Below are positions 36,494-50,886 of a stretch of 64,000 bases of DNA, in pieces. The stretch is from assembly GCA_016748015.1 (NCBI GenBank), contig JAAOMT010000322.1:1-64000 (forward strand). The letters are read 5' to 3'. Every line of letters begins with the position of its first letter. The first letter of the stretch is position 1. The translations under genes and the position numbers were made by a program. The DNA is from Geosiphon pyriformis uo1 (taxonomy: Eukaryota > Fungi > Glomeromycota). Under the pieces are notes generated by a model. The model saw only the letters and a list, made by a program, of their open reading frames with translations. It did no database searches and had not been told where the DNA came from.

Positions 36494-39400
36494 TCATTAT
36501 AATATTTTTGAATCTTTTTTATTTTGTATTATTAATATCTTTAAAATTAAATCTCCAATAGTTCTTATTTGCCAGCTTATAAAAAGAATTCAAATATATA
36601 TTCAACAAGCTACCCAAATCTACAGAAACAAAAGCTGCTTAATGATCAATTTTAAAATGCTTTTTAACATTCAAAACATCATAATTTACTATTACATTAA
36701 TCAAATTTGAGGAGACAAATATAAAATTAATTGTTTTTTTAGTACTTCTAAAATTATTTTATGTTAAGATTTTCATAATTAAGCTTCTTGCCAAAAATTA
36801 ACCAGTCTTAAATTAAGGCATCTTTTGAAGCTAGCATATTTGTAAGAACTATTTTTATTGAAATTATTTTCCAAAATTACAAATAAAGTTTCATTTATAG
36901 CTTTAATAATTAATAAATTGACTTTTTCAGCTTAAGCCAAGTGTATTGTTAGAGCAGTACTAGCATACAGTCTCAAAATTAACATAGAAAATTTATTTTT
37001 GAAAAAGAGTTTAATAAACAAAAGCTTATTAGCAACTTCTAAAACTTTGTATATATGTCTTGCCAAATCAATATTTATTATGATTATAACATCAAAATCT
37101 AAATGAAAAACATGAATACTTAAATATTATCAAACTTGTTCATAATTAATGAACAAATCTTATCTTTTAATTTTGTTTTAATAATAATAAAAATCAAATT
37201 GTTTATTTTTTAATGCCAATAAATAATATTCTTTTGCTTAACAAAGTTGTTTATACTCTTAACATTACATATGGCAATTTTCCAAATCAAATCAGACATT
37301 ATTGGAGAATAGTGTTCAAATCCAAACTCTTGTTATTTACTTTGGTTAGCAAGTTTATAATCATATTTAATAAATTGTCTATTTTTTCTTCAAACTTTTT
37401 GATAACTAACAGATCCAAAATCTTTGTTTGAATAATAATCTTGCCACTAGTGATTGCACTTAAACTCTTACTTATTACTATATTTATCTCTTGATTTTGT
37501 GATAAAAAAGTTATTAATAACTAACATCCAAAGTTAAGCTGGGAAATTATTAGTCCAAATACACTAATCTTTTAGCCAGCTTACCAACTTGCTCTGTAAG
37601 ATTGTTAAAACTGCACTTAAGAGCAATAAACTTATTACTTATTTCTAAAGAAACCAGTAAAAAAGATTTAACATTTAAAGATAAATTAGTGCCAGAAAAA
37701 ACCAAAAATACTACACAAAAAACAAAATTATTAACAATTTAAGTCCAAGTTTTTCTACTAAATAAGACTGAATAAGCAATTAGTGTTTGTTTTTTTTATA
37801 TATATTTGTTAAACAAAGCTTATTCTGAGAATTATCTATTTATTGTGATTATCTAAATTTTTATTTATTGAATACATATCAAAAACATAATTAAATTGTT
37901 TACACTAAGCACAATAGGCCAAAAAAAGACCAGTCCAATACAAATTTACATTCTTAAAAACAAAAATAGAACCAATAGCAGTCTTTTTTAATGCCTTATT
38001 AGTAAAACAAATTACAACACATCTGTTATAAACATAAGAACCAAAGTTGTAGTTAATATAGTAAGTCTTTCTATTATATAATTTTTACAAATTAATAAAA
38101 TTATGAGCAATAGTGTCAACTGGTAAAGTATACAACAAAGTTTAATGTTGATTCTTAAATATTTATGTTTTTTTATTATTAACAGTTAATGCCATATACA
38201 TAAAATTTTTTTTATGAGAACAAACCACTTGGCTATAACTAAATTAACAATTTTAGCTAATTTAAACTTTATTAGAGCTTTTTGCCAAAAACCAATAAGT
38301 TGTATCTTAATTAACACAATCTTGCTAAATTTAGGAAACACTAACTTTATAGCTGATTTAAAAAGATCTATTAAGATCTCTTTGATAATTATTTTCTAAT
38401 CTGTATGATTGTTTGTTTTTTTATATTATCTTTCATCATAATTTTTTCACAGATTGCCAATTTTTTTGCTTTATTTAAACTTAATTTTAATGTAAAAAAT
38501 AACTTAATAATCTTTGGAAATTTTGAGAAAGTAGATGCTTCTTCAAAACCATTAACATAATAAAAAAATTTTTTTGTTGTAATTAATTTATTACTATTAG
38601 TTTTGCCAGATACAACAAACAACTTAATATCTAATGTAAACAACTTTGCTGAGTTAAAACTCCATTTTTTTAAAACAAGTAATCTGATTAATGAGAGTTA
38701 TTTAGAGCTATCAAATTTAAGTAATAGAAGCATTAAAACATTTTTATTATTACTTAAATTCACAATTAAAAAGGTTTTTGGTAAATAATTTAATATATAT
38801 ATTTAAGTACAAGTTTTCTATGGCATAGTATTATTTATATTATTATTGACTATTGAAGTATCCAAATTTACATAGCTAGTTTCTTTAGTAATTATGTTTT
38901 TTATATTCTTTATATTTGATAAATTGTAAATATTATTGGCTTTACTACTAACTTTGCTTTTTCAGTATATTATTGGCTTGCTATTAGAGACACTAATATC
39001 TTTGAGACTTAAAAAATCAATAAATAAATTAATTATATCAATATCTATATCAGATTTTTTTGGCTTTTTATAAAATATATTATAGAAATATATATTTCTT
39101 ACATGCTTTTTTTGGTGCTTGAGTAGGTTTCTAAACCAGTTGAATCTAAATTAAAACTATTAGCAAAAAAGCCTACTTGTTCTATTACAACAAAAAGAGA
39201 TAAGTTAAAAAAAATAATTAAAAAAATACAAAAAAAAAAGAGAAAAAAAACGAATTATTTCTTTGATAATTTTTTACTCTTGTTATGACAAAAGAATTAA
39301 TAAAAGAAAGATTGATTATTTGTAATTATCTTTTTTATTTTAAATACAAAATTGAATATATTAAAATAAATATAAAGCTTTTATTAAATAAAGTTTTAAG

Positions 39401-40649
39401 AATACTTTTTAAATTGAATATTTTATTTTTATTTTTTTTGTATTGTTTATTGCTTTATTTTTGATACTAATTTTAATTTTAAATATATTTTTTAGAAAAT
39501 TATTGATATATTACTTGTAAGTTTTGTGTTTTTATTTTTATTATATTTAAGTTAAATTGTTTTAAAATCAAATTAATTAAACTTTTAAACTTTTTTAATA
39601 TTGTATTATTAAAACTTAATAAAATGTTTTCTAAAAATAAATTATATATATTTTTTTAAAATATTTAATTTGATTTAAAATATTACTACTTATAAAATAA
39701 AAAATATAAATAATTTTATAATACAAGTAAATATTATAAAATAACACAAAAAATTAAGAAATTAAGTTAAATTATAAGTTTAATAATATAAAAAATTTTA
39801 TTTTTGGATAAAATTTTTTTTTATTAATTTAACAAATAAAATTTATATACAATCTAATATAATATATTAAACTAAGTAATTTAAACTAAACATAAATCAT
39901 GATTTTTCTATATATAATCAGTTATTTAAATCAATTAAAGCAATATTATATTAATACTATAAAAAAAAATCTATTTTAAAAAAATATTTTATTTATAATA
40001 ACAATTAATATATTACTATTTCTAATAAAATTAGTTAATCAAGTAGCAATTATATTTGTATTAGATTTAACAAAATTAAGTTGACATTTTCAAAGAGTAA
40101 TTAATTTAATTTAAAGTTTATTGTTAAATAAAATAATTTTATATTTATCTATAAGATTAATATTAAAACTATATTTAATTTTAATTAATATTATATTTAT
40201 AAAAAACTAATTTAAAGTTTTATTAAGAACAAATATTTTATTTTAAACAGCATAAATCATATTTTTAAGTTTTATATACAAGACAAAAAAAGTATTTAAA
40301 ATAATAATAACTAAAGTAATTAAAGAGTTAAAAGATTTTATAATAAATTTTATTAAAACAACCAAACATAATATTTGTGCAAAATATTAGTTTTTATAAT
40401 AACTAAATCTAAAAATTCATAAAAATTAAATATTATAATAACAAAATATTAATAATAATAAGAGTTAGAAAACAAAGTATAAAACAAGTATGTTTATTAA
40501 TTTAAGAAATTAAATTACTAATTTTAAAAAGAATACAACCAAAAAAAATTGATCAATTTAATCTTAAAAGTATTTTTTAAAATAATAATTTTTTTTTAGT
40601 TAAATAAAAAAACTTTTAATATTATCTTTTTTAACTAGTATAAACCAAT

Positions 40650-41700
40650 TATTAAAAACAATAATAACAGAAAATAGTCCTTAAATTAACAATAACATAT
40701 TGTTACAAATCAACAAATTTTAATTTTACCAAAATAACAATACCAAAAATACCAAAAATATTTTTAATATTATTAAAAAATATATTATAAAAATATTATA
40801 AAGTACAATAAAAAAAATAATAATTAAAAGTTATTACAAAAGATTTTGCAATTTTAAGTATAATTAAAAAAAGAAAATTAATAATAATATTATTAATAAC
40901 AACAATTAAAAAAGACTTAAAAACAAAATTTACATAAAACAATTTAATATTATTTTTTAAAATAGAATTAAGTCTAAAAAAGCCAAACAACAAATAAAAC
41001 AAAAAATTAACTAAGATCAATTTAATCTTAAATATAATATTAAATATTAAAGTAAAAATTACTTATTAAGAAAACTTTTAATATTATTAAAAACAGTATT
41101 AAAAAACAAAAAAGAAGATATTAATTTAATTTCTATTTAGTTAGTTTAATTTTTAAGATTAAATAATCTAATAAGTTGGTTTGTTTTTAAACTAGTTATA
41201 ATTTGTCAAAAAACACCATATTTGGCAATACAATTAATAATTAATTTTGGTTTATATTAAAAAATATGCTATTATTATTGCTATTTATATTAAAAAAAGA
41301 TTGATTGCTATTAAAAAAAATTTTTAAAATCTTATTTAAAACCATAAAAAGTTTAATATAATACTAGTAAATATAAATAACTATTACTGTTTTTTAGAGT
41401 TTTTGGTCTTTTTAATTATTTGTAAAATAATAATAATAGTAGTATTAATAATAAAAACAGAAAAAATTAGTTTATTAATTAGTCTATTATTAAAAACTTT
41501 TAGATTTTTAGAAAATATAGAAATAATATTAAAACTAAATTAAATATATTTCTTAAAAAAACTAAAAAAAATTATCAGCCAAAAATAAAAAAATGCTTTA
41601 AAAGCTACTAAAGACAGTTTTTTATTATTAATATTTAAAAAATATTTTAATAAAATATTTTGTTTAATTGTTTTAATAATGTTAGAAATTTTTTACTTTT
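40650..41700 (-). mobile_element. Second eroded copy of the family-2 LINE ORF1, inverted relative to 17190-18150
   Basis: 41130 TTTCTATTTAGTTAGTTTAATTTTTAAG vs revcomp of ~17700 TTTCTATTTAGTTAGTCCAGTTCTCAAG; ORF 40796-41020 KNNIKLFYV..ILKIAKSFV matches 17920-18045. Confidence 0.7.
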
Positions 41701-44449
41701 TGCTTTAATTGTAATTATAAAATTAAGAAAAAAAAATTTTTATTTAAATTTTTTCAAAACTATAATTATATAAATTTTAATATTGTAATAATTATAAATA
41801 CTAATTTAATTAAACATATATATAAGTTAACTAATTAGTTTTTGTTAATTAAGTTGTTTTAAAAAAACAACTTTTTTGTTGTAATTTTAAAATTATATAT
41901 TAATGTTTTTTTAAAAACATAATTAGTTTAAATTAATAAAATTAAATTTTTAATAATTAAAACTAAAATAAATTTTTTTTGTTATTTTAAGTAATAATTT
42001 TAACAAACTTATTTTAAATATTAAATTTATAAAATATTTTAATTTAAACTTAATTGATTTTTAAAAAAATAATTTTATAACTAAAATAACAATCTAAAAA
42101 ACTTAATTATATTTTTGTTTTTGTTTTATTTATAACTATAAAAAAATTTTGAAAGTAAATAAGTTTTTAATATTAATTAAAAAACTATTTCTGTTTTTAT
42201 AAATTGAATAATTTTAAAAATATGTAATTAATTGTTTTATAAAACAAGTAATTAAGAATCAATAAAAATACAATTTTTAAAATACAAATAAAACTAAATA
42301 GAATTGTTTTATATATATTATTAAAAATTTTTTTTGTAAAATCATAATTTTAAATTTTATTCTAATTTATAAATATTTAATAAAAATTAATTTAGATATT
42401 ATTAAAGTTTTTACAAATAGTTTTTTGAAAAATTTAGATTTAAAATTATTAATAATATTTTAATATATTTTAGAAATAAAAATAAAAATATGTGTTTTAA
42501 TTTTATTAACAATAATCAAATTGCAAATAATTGCTTTAGTCTTAAAATATTTTTTATTTTTCAATAATATTTTAATAAGTTTTAATAGTTAAATAGTTTT
42601 AAATATTTGCATTTTTAAAGTTAATTTATTATTGTTAAATTTTATAATTATTTTTAATTAAAAAAGTAATATATAATAAATATTATTAATAATAAAAATT
42701 TAATTTAAAATTAAAATTATTTAAAAAATAAATATATAAATAAGTTTGTTAATAATATTGTTTTTTTATTTTTTTATTTTTTATTTTTGTGCAAAAAAAA
42801 TTTATTAATAAAATAGTATTATCTTAAAATATTAAAATATTATTTATAATATATATAAAATAATTTATTATATATATTAAAATATAGATAAATATATTAT
42901 TTTTTTGATTTAATATTTTGATTTATATATAATTTCTATGTAAATAAGTAATTTTATAACTAATTTATATTTATATATTATAAAAATTATATTTAAAAAA
43001 TTATTTATTGTTATTAAAAAATATACAATAAATTATATCTTAATATTTTGTATTTTTATTGTAATAAAGTAAATTTTTCAAACTATATATTTATATTATT
43101 TATTAGTAATTTGTTGTTTATTTTATTTAATAATATGATTTAATTACTTAATATAATTAAAATTTTTAATATAAGTTTTAAATTATATAAATAATATTTA
43201 TTTTATTTAGACTTAAAAAAAACATTACAATTAAGATAAATATATAATATAGTTTTAATTAACTTAAATAATTTGTAAAAATCTGATAAATTAAACGAAA
43301 TTAAATTTTAAATACTGTTTAAATTTGGTTTGAATTATAAATTAAATTTGAATTAAATCAAATTTATTAAGTAAATTTAATTTAAGTTCAAAATTAAATT
43401 TTTTTGGCAAGTTTGAATTTAGTTTAAGTTTAATTTAAAGTTTACAAACTTGTTTGAGTTTAATTATTAGTTAAAAAAATATATCAAACTATATATATAT
43501 AATAATTTTGTTTTTTAATTTATTAAAATAAATTTATTATTTAATATTATTAAAGATTTAAAATTTAAATAATTTAAATATTAATATTTTTAATAAATAT
43601 AACTATTTTAATAAGTTTAAATAGACAAAAAAAAATAGTTAAATATATAATCTTAAAATATATATATAAACTATTTTCTTATAAAACTATAAATATTATT
43701 AAATTTTTATAATATTAAATAAATACTTTTTATTAAACAGGATATTTTACAATAAAAAATATTATAAAATAAAATAAAATATTTAAAAAGATTATAAGTT
43801 AATTAAAAAAATGTTTTAACAAGTAAAATTACTATTTTTTTATAATTTTTTGGCCAATTTAATTAGAAAACTACATTTAAATTATTATTTTTGTTAAAAA
43901 TTTAATATTTAAGCATATTAAACACAATTTTTTGTTTTATATATATGGTTTATAATTATTTTGCAATTCAAAAATTATTTGTTGTTTTTAAATAAGTTTT
44001 TTTTATAGTAAAAATATAATTATAAATATAAAAATTTACTTAATATTTAAAACTATAAATACAAAAATCATTAAAAAATTTAATTAATAATATAATATAA
44101 TTTTTAATAATTAAATCTAATTATATTCACAAATTTTAAGCTAATTTTGAATTAAACTTGTTATTTGAATTTAAGTTTAATTTAAGTTAAAATTCAAAAT
44201 TTAGCCAAAATTTCTGTTTAAATTTAGTTTAATTTAATAATTTGATTAAATTTAAACCAAATCAAATCAAATATTAGAATTTTATTTTACAAACTCAAAA
44301 AAATTTTTAATTATTTAACTTATTATATATGATATTCCAAATTTTTGAAAGAGTGCATTATTTTTGAAAAAGGTTTTTTTTATTTATACTTATTTTTTAC
44401 TATTTAGTTAAATATCTCAAAATTTTTTGTTTAATTATAAAGCTGTCAA

Positions 44450-44950
44450 TATTGATAGTAATTTAAAAATAAAGAATTCCAAAAAAAGTCTAGTATTGGT
44501 TCTGTAATTTTAAATTTGTTTGCTAAAAAAAATACAAAAAAAATGCTTTAAAAAAACTATTTATTAAAATTAATACTGGCATTTCTTAAAAGTTATTTAA
44601 GACTAGTAAAATAACTGGTTCAGATATTGACAACACTACTAATACAAAGAGCATAAATATGAATAAAAAATCTTTATAGAAAAAACTAGTTTTTAATTTG
44701 ATAATAATAATAAGTTAAAACACAAAAATATTAATGACTTTTAAAAAACCAAAAAGAATTATTATTAAGTATGTTTTTAAAAAACTTCTTAAATGAATTA
44801 ATTTATTAAAAAAATCTGTAACAAAAAAAAATTAATATCAATATTTAAAATAAAAAACCATAAAAAAATACACTAAATAAAATTAATTAAACAATAAAAA
44901 CAATTTTTTTAATATTTTTATTAAAAGTTTTCAGTCTTTTTTCTTAAATA
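44450..44950 (+). mobile_element. Probable eroded LINE ORF1 N-terminal fragment
   Basis: TGSDIDNTTNTKSINM..KKPKRIIIKYVFKKLLK*IN resembles LINE ORF1 N-termini I recall from this lineage; no in-window copy confirms it. Confidence 0.3.
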
Positions 44951-47887
44951 TTATTGATATTATTTTGCTAAAAATTTATGTTTTTTAGAAGTTGTTTAAT
45001 TTTCAATAATTAAATTTATATTTAAATTATCTTTTATAATTTAAATTATTAGACTTATAAATAAAATAGCCAATTTTGTATTAGTTATTTATATAATTAC
45101 TTTATAATAATATAAAAAATATAAAAAAATATAAAAAAATATAAAAAAGATAAAAAAAAAGAATTTTGTTAAGAGAATTGTCTTTTGTTTAAACTTAGAA
45201 TTATTAAAAAATTACTAAAATTAGTAGTTAATCAATTTTAAAAATATTAATTGTAATTTGAAGAATTTTAAATATAATAATCAAAAAATTTATTGTTTTT
45301 AAAATTTGATTTTATTTAATTTATAATAAATATAAAAAAATGATTGAATTTTAAAAAAAATTAATTTTAAGTAAAATATATTTTCTTAAAAAAAAAAGTT
45401 TTTTTTTATATAACTTATTATAATACTAATTTATAAACTTAAATATTTTTTTTTGCTATTATTTTGAATATTATATAGTTTAATATATTACATAATCTAA
45501 TCATTACAATTTAATTATATTTGTGTTTTATATAAATCAAGTTATTAATTAAATAATAAATTAGATAATTTAATAAGATAATAAGTAATAAATTAAAATA
45601 ATAATATATACTAATTAATAATAAAAATTATAAAGATAATTTTATGCTAAATAATATCTCAAATTTTTATTGATAACAACATAAATAACAGATAATTTAA
45701 ATTTATTTATATCTAAAAAAATTATTTGGTTATAAATTTAAAAATTAATAAGTTATTAAAATTATAAATTAAAAAAATATAATCAAAATTTTTATATATT
45801 AAGCAAAAAAATAATTTCAACTTTGCTTAAACTAAAATTTTTGATAATTAAAATAATAAATAAAACTATTAAAAAACTATTTCTAAATTTAAAGCATATT
45901 ATAACATATTTTCTATATATATATATATAACTAAATAATAATTAATTATATATATTTTTTTATTAATTAATTTTAAAAATTTTTATAAATTATGTATAAT
46001 TATTTTTATTAACAAAATATAAAACAAAATTTTATATTAATATTTTATAACAATTTATTAATATTGGCTTTAGTTATTTAAACTAATAAAAAAAAACTTT
46101 TTAAAAGTCAACAAATTAAGTTGTTTTTAATTATCAAATTTTACTAATATTTTTTTATTATAGTTTTGCTAATTATATTTTAATAGATTTAATATTTTTA
46201 ATGTTTTTATAAAATTTTTTTTATTAGGTTTTTAAGATTAGTATTTATAATAATTTTATTAATTTTAGCCAAATTTAATATTTTCAATATAGTTTTTTTT
46301 AATATAAAAATAATATAAATAATCTTATTAAATTTTAAAAAAATAAATATTTTTTTAAAATTATTTATACTTAAAAATAATTTTCTGATTAATTTTAATT
46401 TATCTTAAGAAAAAATGCTAATTATTATTAAAAAATTAATATTTAAAACAAATAACTTCATAATTGAGATATTTATACTAATTTTAAGAAAAAAAAAATT
46501 TTTGTTTTTTTTATATATTAAAGTTTAAAAACTTAATAAGTAAGTTATTAATTATATTAGTATTAATATATTTTATTTTAAAAATATTTATCATAGAATT
46601 AAGATAAATTTTACTTTTATTATTTGTATTATAACTATTATTAATTGAATATATACTATTATTTTTATTATTTAACTTAGTTTTTATATTAAAAAATACA
46701 TTAATATTTTTAAAAAATCTGATTAAAAATATGTTTTTATTATTTAAGTATTTAATATTATTAACAAAAACTTTGTGCTTTTAAAAGAAAATATTTTTAA
46801 CAGAATTATGATTTTTTTTTTTTTTTTTTTTTTTGAATATATTATTGTTTAAAACATGTTAAATTTATTATAAAATAATTTTTTTCTTTAAAAATTGTAA
46901 ATAAAATAGCAAAAAATAAAAAAAAAACTTTTTTTTTAAAATATAACTTTTTAAAAAATTTAAAATAAATAAAAAAATGGTTTATATATATTTAATTTAA
47001 AATATTTTTAATATTTACAACAATAAAACTATTTTTTATAATTAAATTTTTTTTTGTACTTAGTTTTTAACTTAGAATTTAATAATTAAATTTGAGTTGT
47101 ATGACTTTTTAAAGTAAAATAATAATTTTTAACAATATTATTTTGGTATTTTTTTTTAAAAAGCAAATTTTTTAGTTCAAATTTTAAAAACCAAACTCTT
47201 AATTATAATTATATATAATAAAATAGGTTTGCTAAATTAAACTATTTATTATTATTATTAATATTTTTAGATTTTACCAAATTTGCTTAAATAGATAATT
47301 TAAAAATTTTTGTTGTATTCTAATTTTTTGGGTTTGAATTTAAATTTGTTTAGTTTAAATTAAGTCAGATTGTTGGTTACATGTAAAAAATGCATGGTTC
47401 ATGTTTATATTAAATATGTACATATATTATAAAAGTAAATTGTAAATGAAAAATAATAATTACTTTAATCATATAATTTATACAAATTATTAAATATATT
47501 TATCAATAATAATTGTGAAAAGTCTGATCATAAAATACATCTATCTTTAAATACTTTTTATTAATTGAGTTTGACCAAGTTCATGATATTACTAATAATC
47601 GATTTTTGTTGACAAAAGTTCCATGGCAGAAAATAATTACTATTATGTCATGTGCCTAAAATGAAATATGCACATGTTAATTGGTAATCCAAATAAGGAA
47701 ATATGACGAAAGGATGTCACAAAATTTTAACTTGGTAAACACACGGAACAAGGAACTCATTGAACTAAACTCCACATCATCTCGCACGCATTAGCGATCT
47801 TTCAAAGCCGCTTTTTATTCTTTAGCTGTTGCAGGCTCCATCGAACCTAACAAGCTACTGACTATTATTCCCATACTATTTAGAAAG

Positions 47888-50504
47888 ATGCTGACTCGAA
47901 GACGGGATGAAACCTCTGAAGGCAACATCAGTTCACCAAAGAGACTCCGTGTTGTTGAATCAGAGCCAGACGCTCAATATTCCACATATTGTTCCACAAT
48001 TTCTTCTACTACAACTTATTCTATCCCTCCCATTTCCCCAGTTGAAGGGACAGATTTTGCAAATCAAGAATTTTTGACTGTTGGTCCAGATTCTTTGACA
48101 TTATCACTTCCTCTTGATGAGAATCAAGAGCAGGTTGGATCAAATATTGTAACAAATTTAAATGCGCAAGATGTGTTTGAAACTCATAAACAAGCAAATA
48201 TCCTCGGTAAAACCCTTTTAACCCAAATTAACTCGAACAACAAACTTCCCCCTATTCCTGATCCATTGCCAGTAGTTAATGGATCTGAAAACGTAGTTGA
48301 AGAGCCTCCAAAAGTTTCTCTAATTACAGATAAATATATCCCTAAACAATGTTATATTGACAACCAAGACAATGAAGACGATGATGAGGATGATACTAGT
48401 TGGAGAGAAGAAGACCACATTGGGGAAGACAGCAGCGAGGAGACATCATCCCTTGATGATATTATCAGCAATCTACATCACTTGACTGACGAAGACGAAG
48501 ATGAACCAACTACACCGGACACGGATTATCAAAGTAGAGTACTGGTTTTGTACCCGATTTGCATGGGAACATATTGCCCAAATATCAAATTCTTTTACAA
48601 ATTTTCATATTCCACTGTATATTAAGATTCTCCACTTTTGAGTGACGAAGAGTGCGGAAAATATAAAAAAGAAGCTAAAGAAAAAGGTATTTTATTTAAT
48701 TGAAAATAAAAGCCCAAATTAAAATTACGTTTCGAAGGTATTAATTTGTTGTCTAAAAAGTCGAAAGCCATTATTTCCTCCACAAATGAATTCATAAAAT
48801 TTCACAGCCAACATAACATTATTACTTAATTAACAAAAAAATCATGGACATTCTAATTTAGGAACCCATAAATTTGTCCAAGAATTTTTCTTTGAAAAAA
48901 AGGTTCCGATTCGAAAACTCTTTTACGCTTTTGATTACCAATTGGTATACTAAAATCATTCTTTTTGCATTATTTAATTGTGTGTTATCCTTTCCTTGTC
49001 AAAACTTAAGAATTTATTCTGATTTTCCACAGCCTTCCAAAATTATAGGATTATCAGAACCTCAGTTGCTGCCTATACTTCATAAAGTTATTACAAAATA
49101 TCTTAGACAAAGACAAAAATTGCCACATATCAATACGCTGGAAGATACCGTGAAGCTTTTGAAAGAATCCAAAAATATAATGGTTTTGACAGGTGCAGGG
49201 GTGGGTATCTTTTAAAAGCTTTACCAAATTTTTGTTTTTTGCACCCTTAAGAATCATTTGTATGAAATTAATTTGCGTAGAACTTACCAGGTATCCGTAT
49301 CATGTGGAATACCAGATTTCCGGTCAGAGAATGGAATCTACTCTCGACTGTCGGAATTTGATTTAGATGATCCGCAGGACATGTTTGACGTCAATTACTT
49401 TAAAGATTGTCCAGAAGTATTTTATTCATTTGCAAAGGTATTTTAAATGGTACAAATATCTTGATGCAAACCTAAAAAGCTCGCTTTGCTTATAGATAAA
49501 TTAAACTTTTATTTGTTAGGAAATATTTCCCAGCAATTTTAAGCCATCTCCATCACACTGCTTTGTAAAACTCTTGGAGGACAAAAATAAACTTTTAAGG
49601 AATTATACGCAGAATATTGATACTTTAGAGCAAGCTGCCGGTATTAAAAAAGTTTTGGAATGTCATGGTAAGAAAAAGTATAAAGATGCCTTATATTCGC
49701 AAAAATTTTATATCTTATATTTATTATATTATATTAGGATCCTTTGCTACTGCTAGTTGCCTCAACTGCGGTTACAAAGTGAGTGGTGATGTTATCAAAG
49801 AAGATATTCTGGCCAAACGAGTTCCTTATTGTACTCATTGTCAAAATCCAAATGAGCATGAAGATGTGGAAAGTTCAGGAGCAATCATGAAACCAGATAT
49901 AGTTTTTTTTGGTGAAAAGTTACCACCAGAGTTTGATGAACGCTTTCCTGAGGATCGTGAATTAGTCGATTTATTGATCGTGATGGGTAGCAGTTTAAAA
50001 GTCGCACCTGTCAGCGAAATAATGGGTGTGTATAATTGCTTACATCCCAATCTTGAAATTTGCATAAAGCATTGGATTTGTACGTACTAAGATATCTTAA
50101 TAATTTACCTTTTTTCCCATTTCTCAGGGCAAATACCTCATCGGGTTCCACAAATTGTAATCAATCGCACTCCGATTAAACACATGCATTTTGATGTCCA
50201 ATTACTTGGAGATTGCGATATTATAATTCCAGAACTTTGTCGTTTGCTTGAATGGGAAATTGTACATGAAAAATTACCTAGTGCCACATCTAAAGAGAAA
50301 AAACCGAGAGCTTATCAATTTGTCCAACCCAATATCTACCTATTCGAAGGGGCAGTTGTAAAACCTGGTGAATTATTGCTTGGTGGGGATCAAGTTACAA
50401 CAGTTCAAGATGACGACGAAGTAGTGGACGTAGTTGGGCAAACAGTAGTAGAATTAGGTAAAAACTCTGGCCATGGAGAAAACAAAACCGAAGATATCAT
50501 TTAG
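47888..50504 (+). CDS. SIR2: NAD-dependent deacetylase, class I sirtuin (Sir2/Hst1/SIRT1-like), multi-exon
   Basis: LTGAG|[25 protein letters not shown]|SF, CLNC..CTHC zinc ribbon, [23 protein letters not shown]; acidic N-terminal extension; GT-AG introns. Confidence 0.95.
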
Positions 50505-50886
50505 TATATATAGATAGGGAAAACTTTTTTCTTTGAGCGGGTATATTTGCCCTATGCATTAATCATCCCTGAAAGAAACTCCCATTTCACACTCCGAGAT
50601 TATTTTGATAAATTATAGTCACATGAATCTTCTGAACTACAGCATGTAACATTGTATGAACAATCCTCTTAGCCTAGTTTACCATTTTCGCTTTTCATAT
50701 AGCAATTCATTTTTTTCTTTATTAGATTTTTGTTGAAATTTGTATACTAATCATTATTAAAGAAATACCTTGAAAAATATATTTCCCAGCACAAAAGGAA
50801 ACAAGTAGAAGTTATGATGTTTACTTTTGCTGTTCAAATGTTTTGCTGAAGACACTTTATTTGTGCTTTTCTTATTATTTACATGT

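Larger units (their letters stand above)
24165..39300 (-). mobile_element. Heavily eroded LINE, same clade as copy 1 (copy 2), interrupted by the Gypsy element and a ~1 kb insert
   Basis: Collinear homology to copy 1: ORF1 VNGFEEASTFSKF (~38520-38560); ORF2 start MSDLIWKIAICNVK (37297); RT AGAFINN (~27270); DLPKKFSNKTLYY (~26800); RNase H AEL*VIA..LDSQAALD (~25300); LVWYSNLH (~24930); 3'UTR (24170-24250). The frame is continuous across the Gypsy insertion site. Confidence 0.85.

Noticed and set aside
47888-50504. Sirtuin as part of a bacterial-type defence system
   Set aside because: Canonical intron-containing class I eukaryotic sirtuin among housekeeping genes
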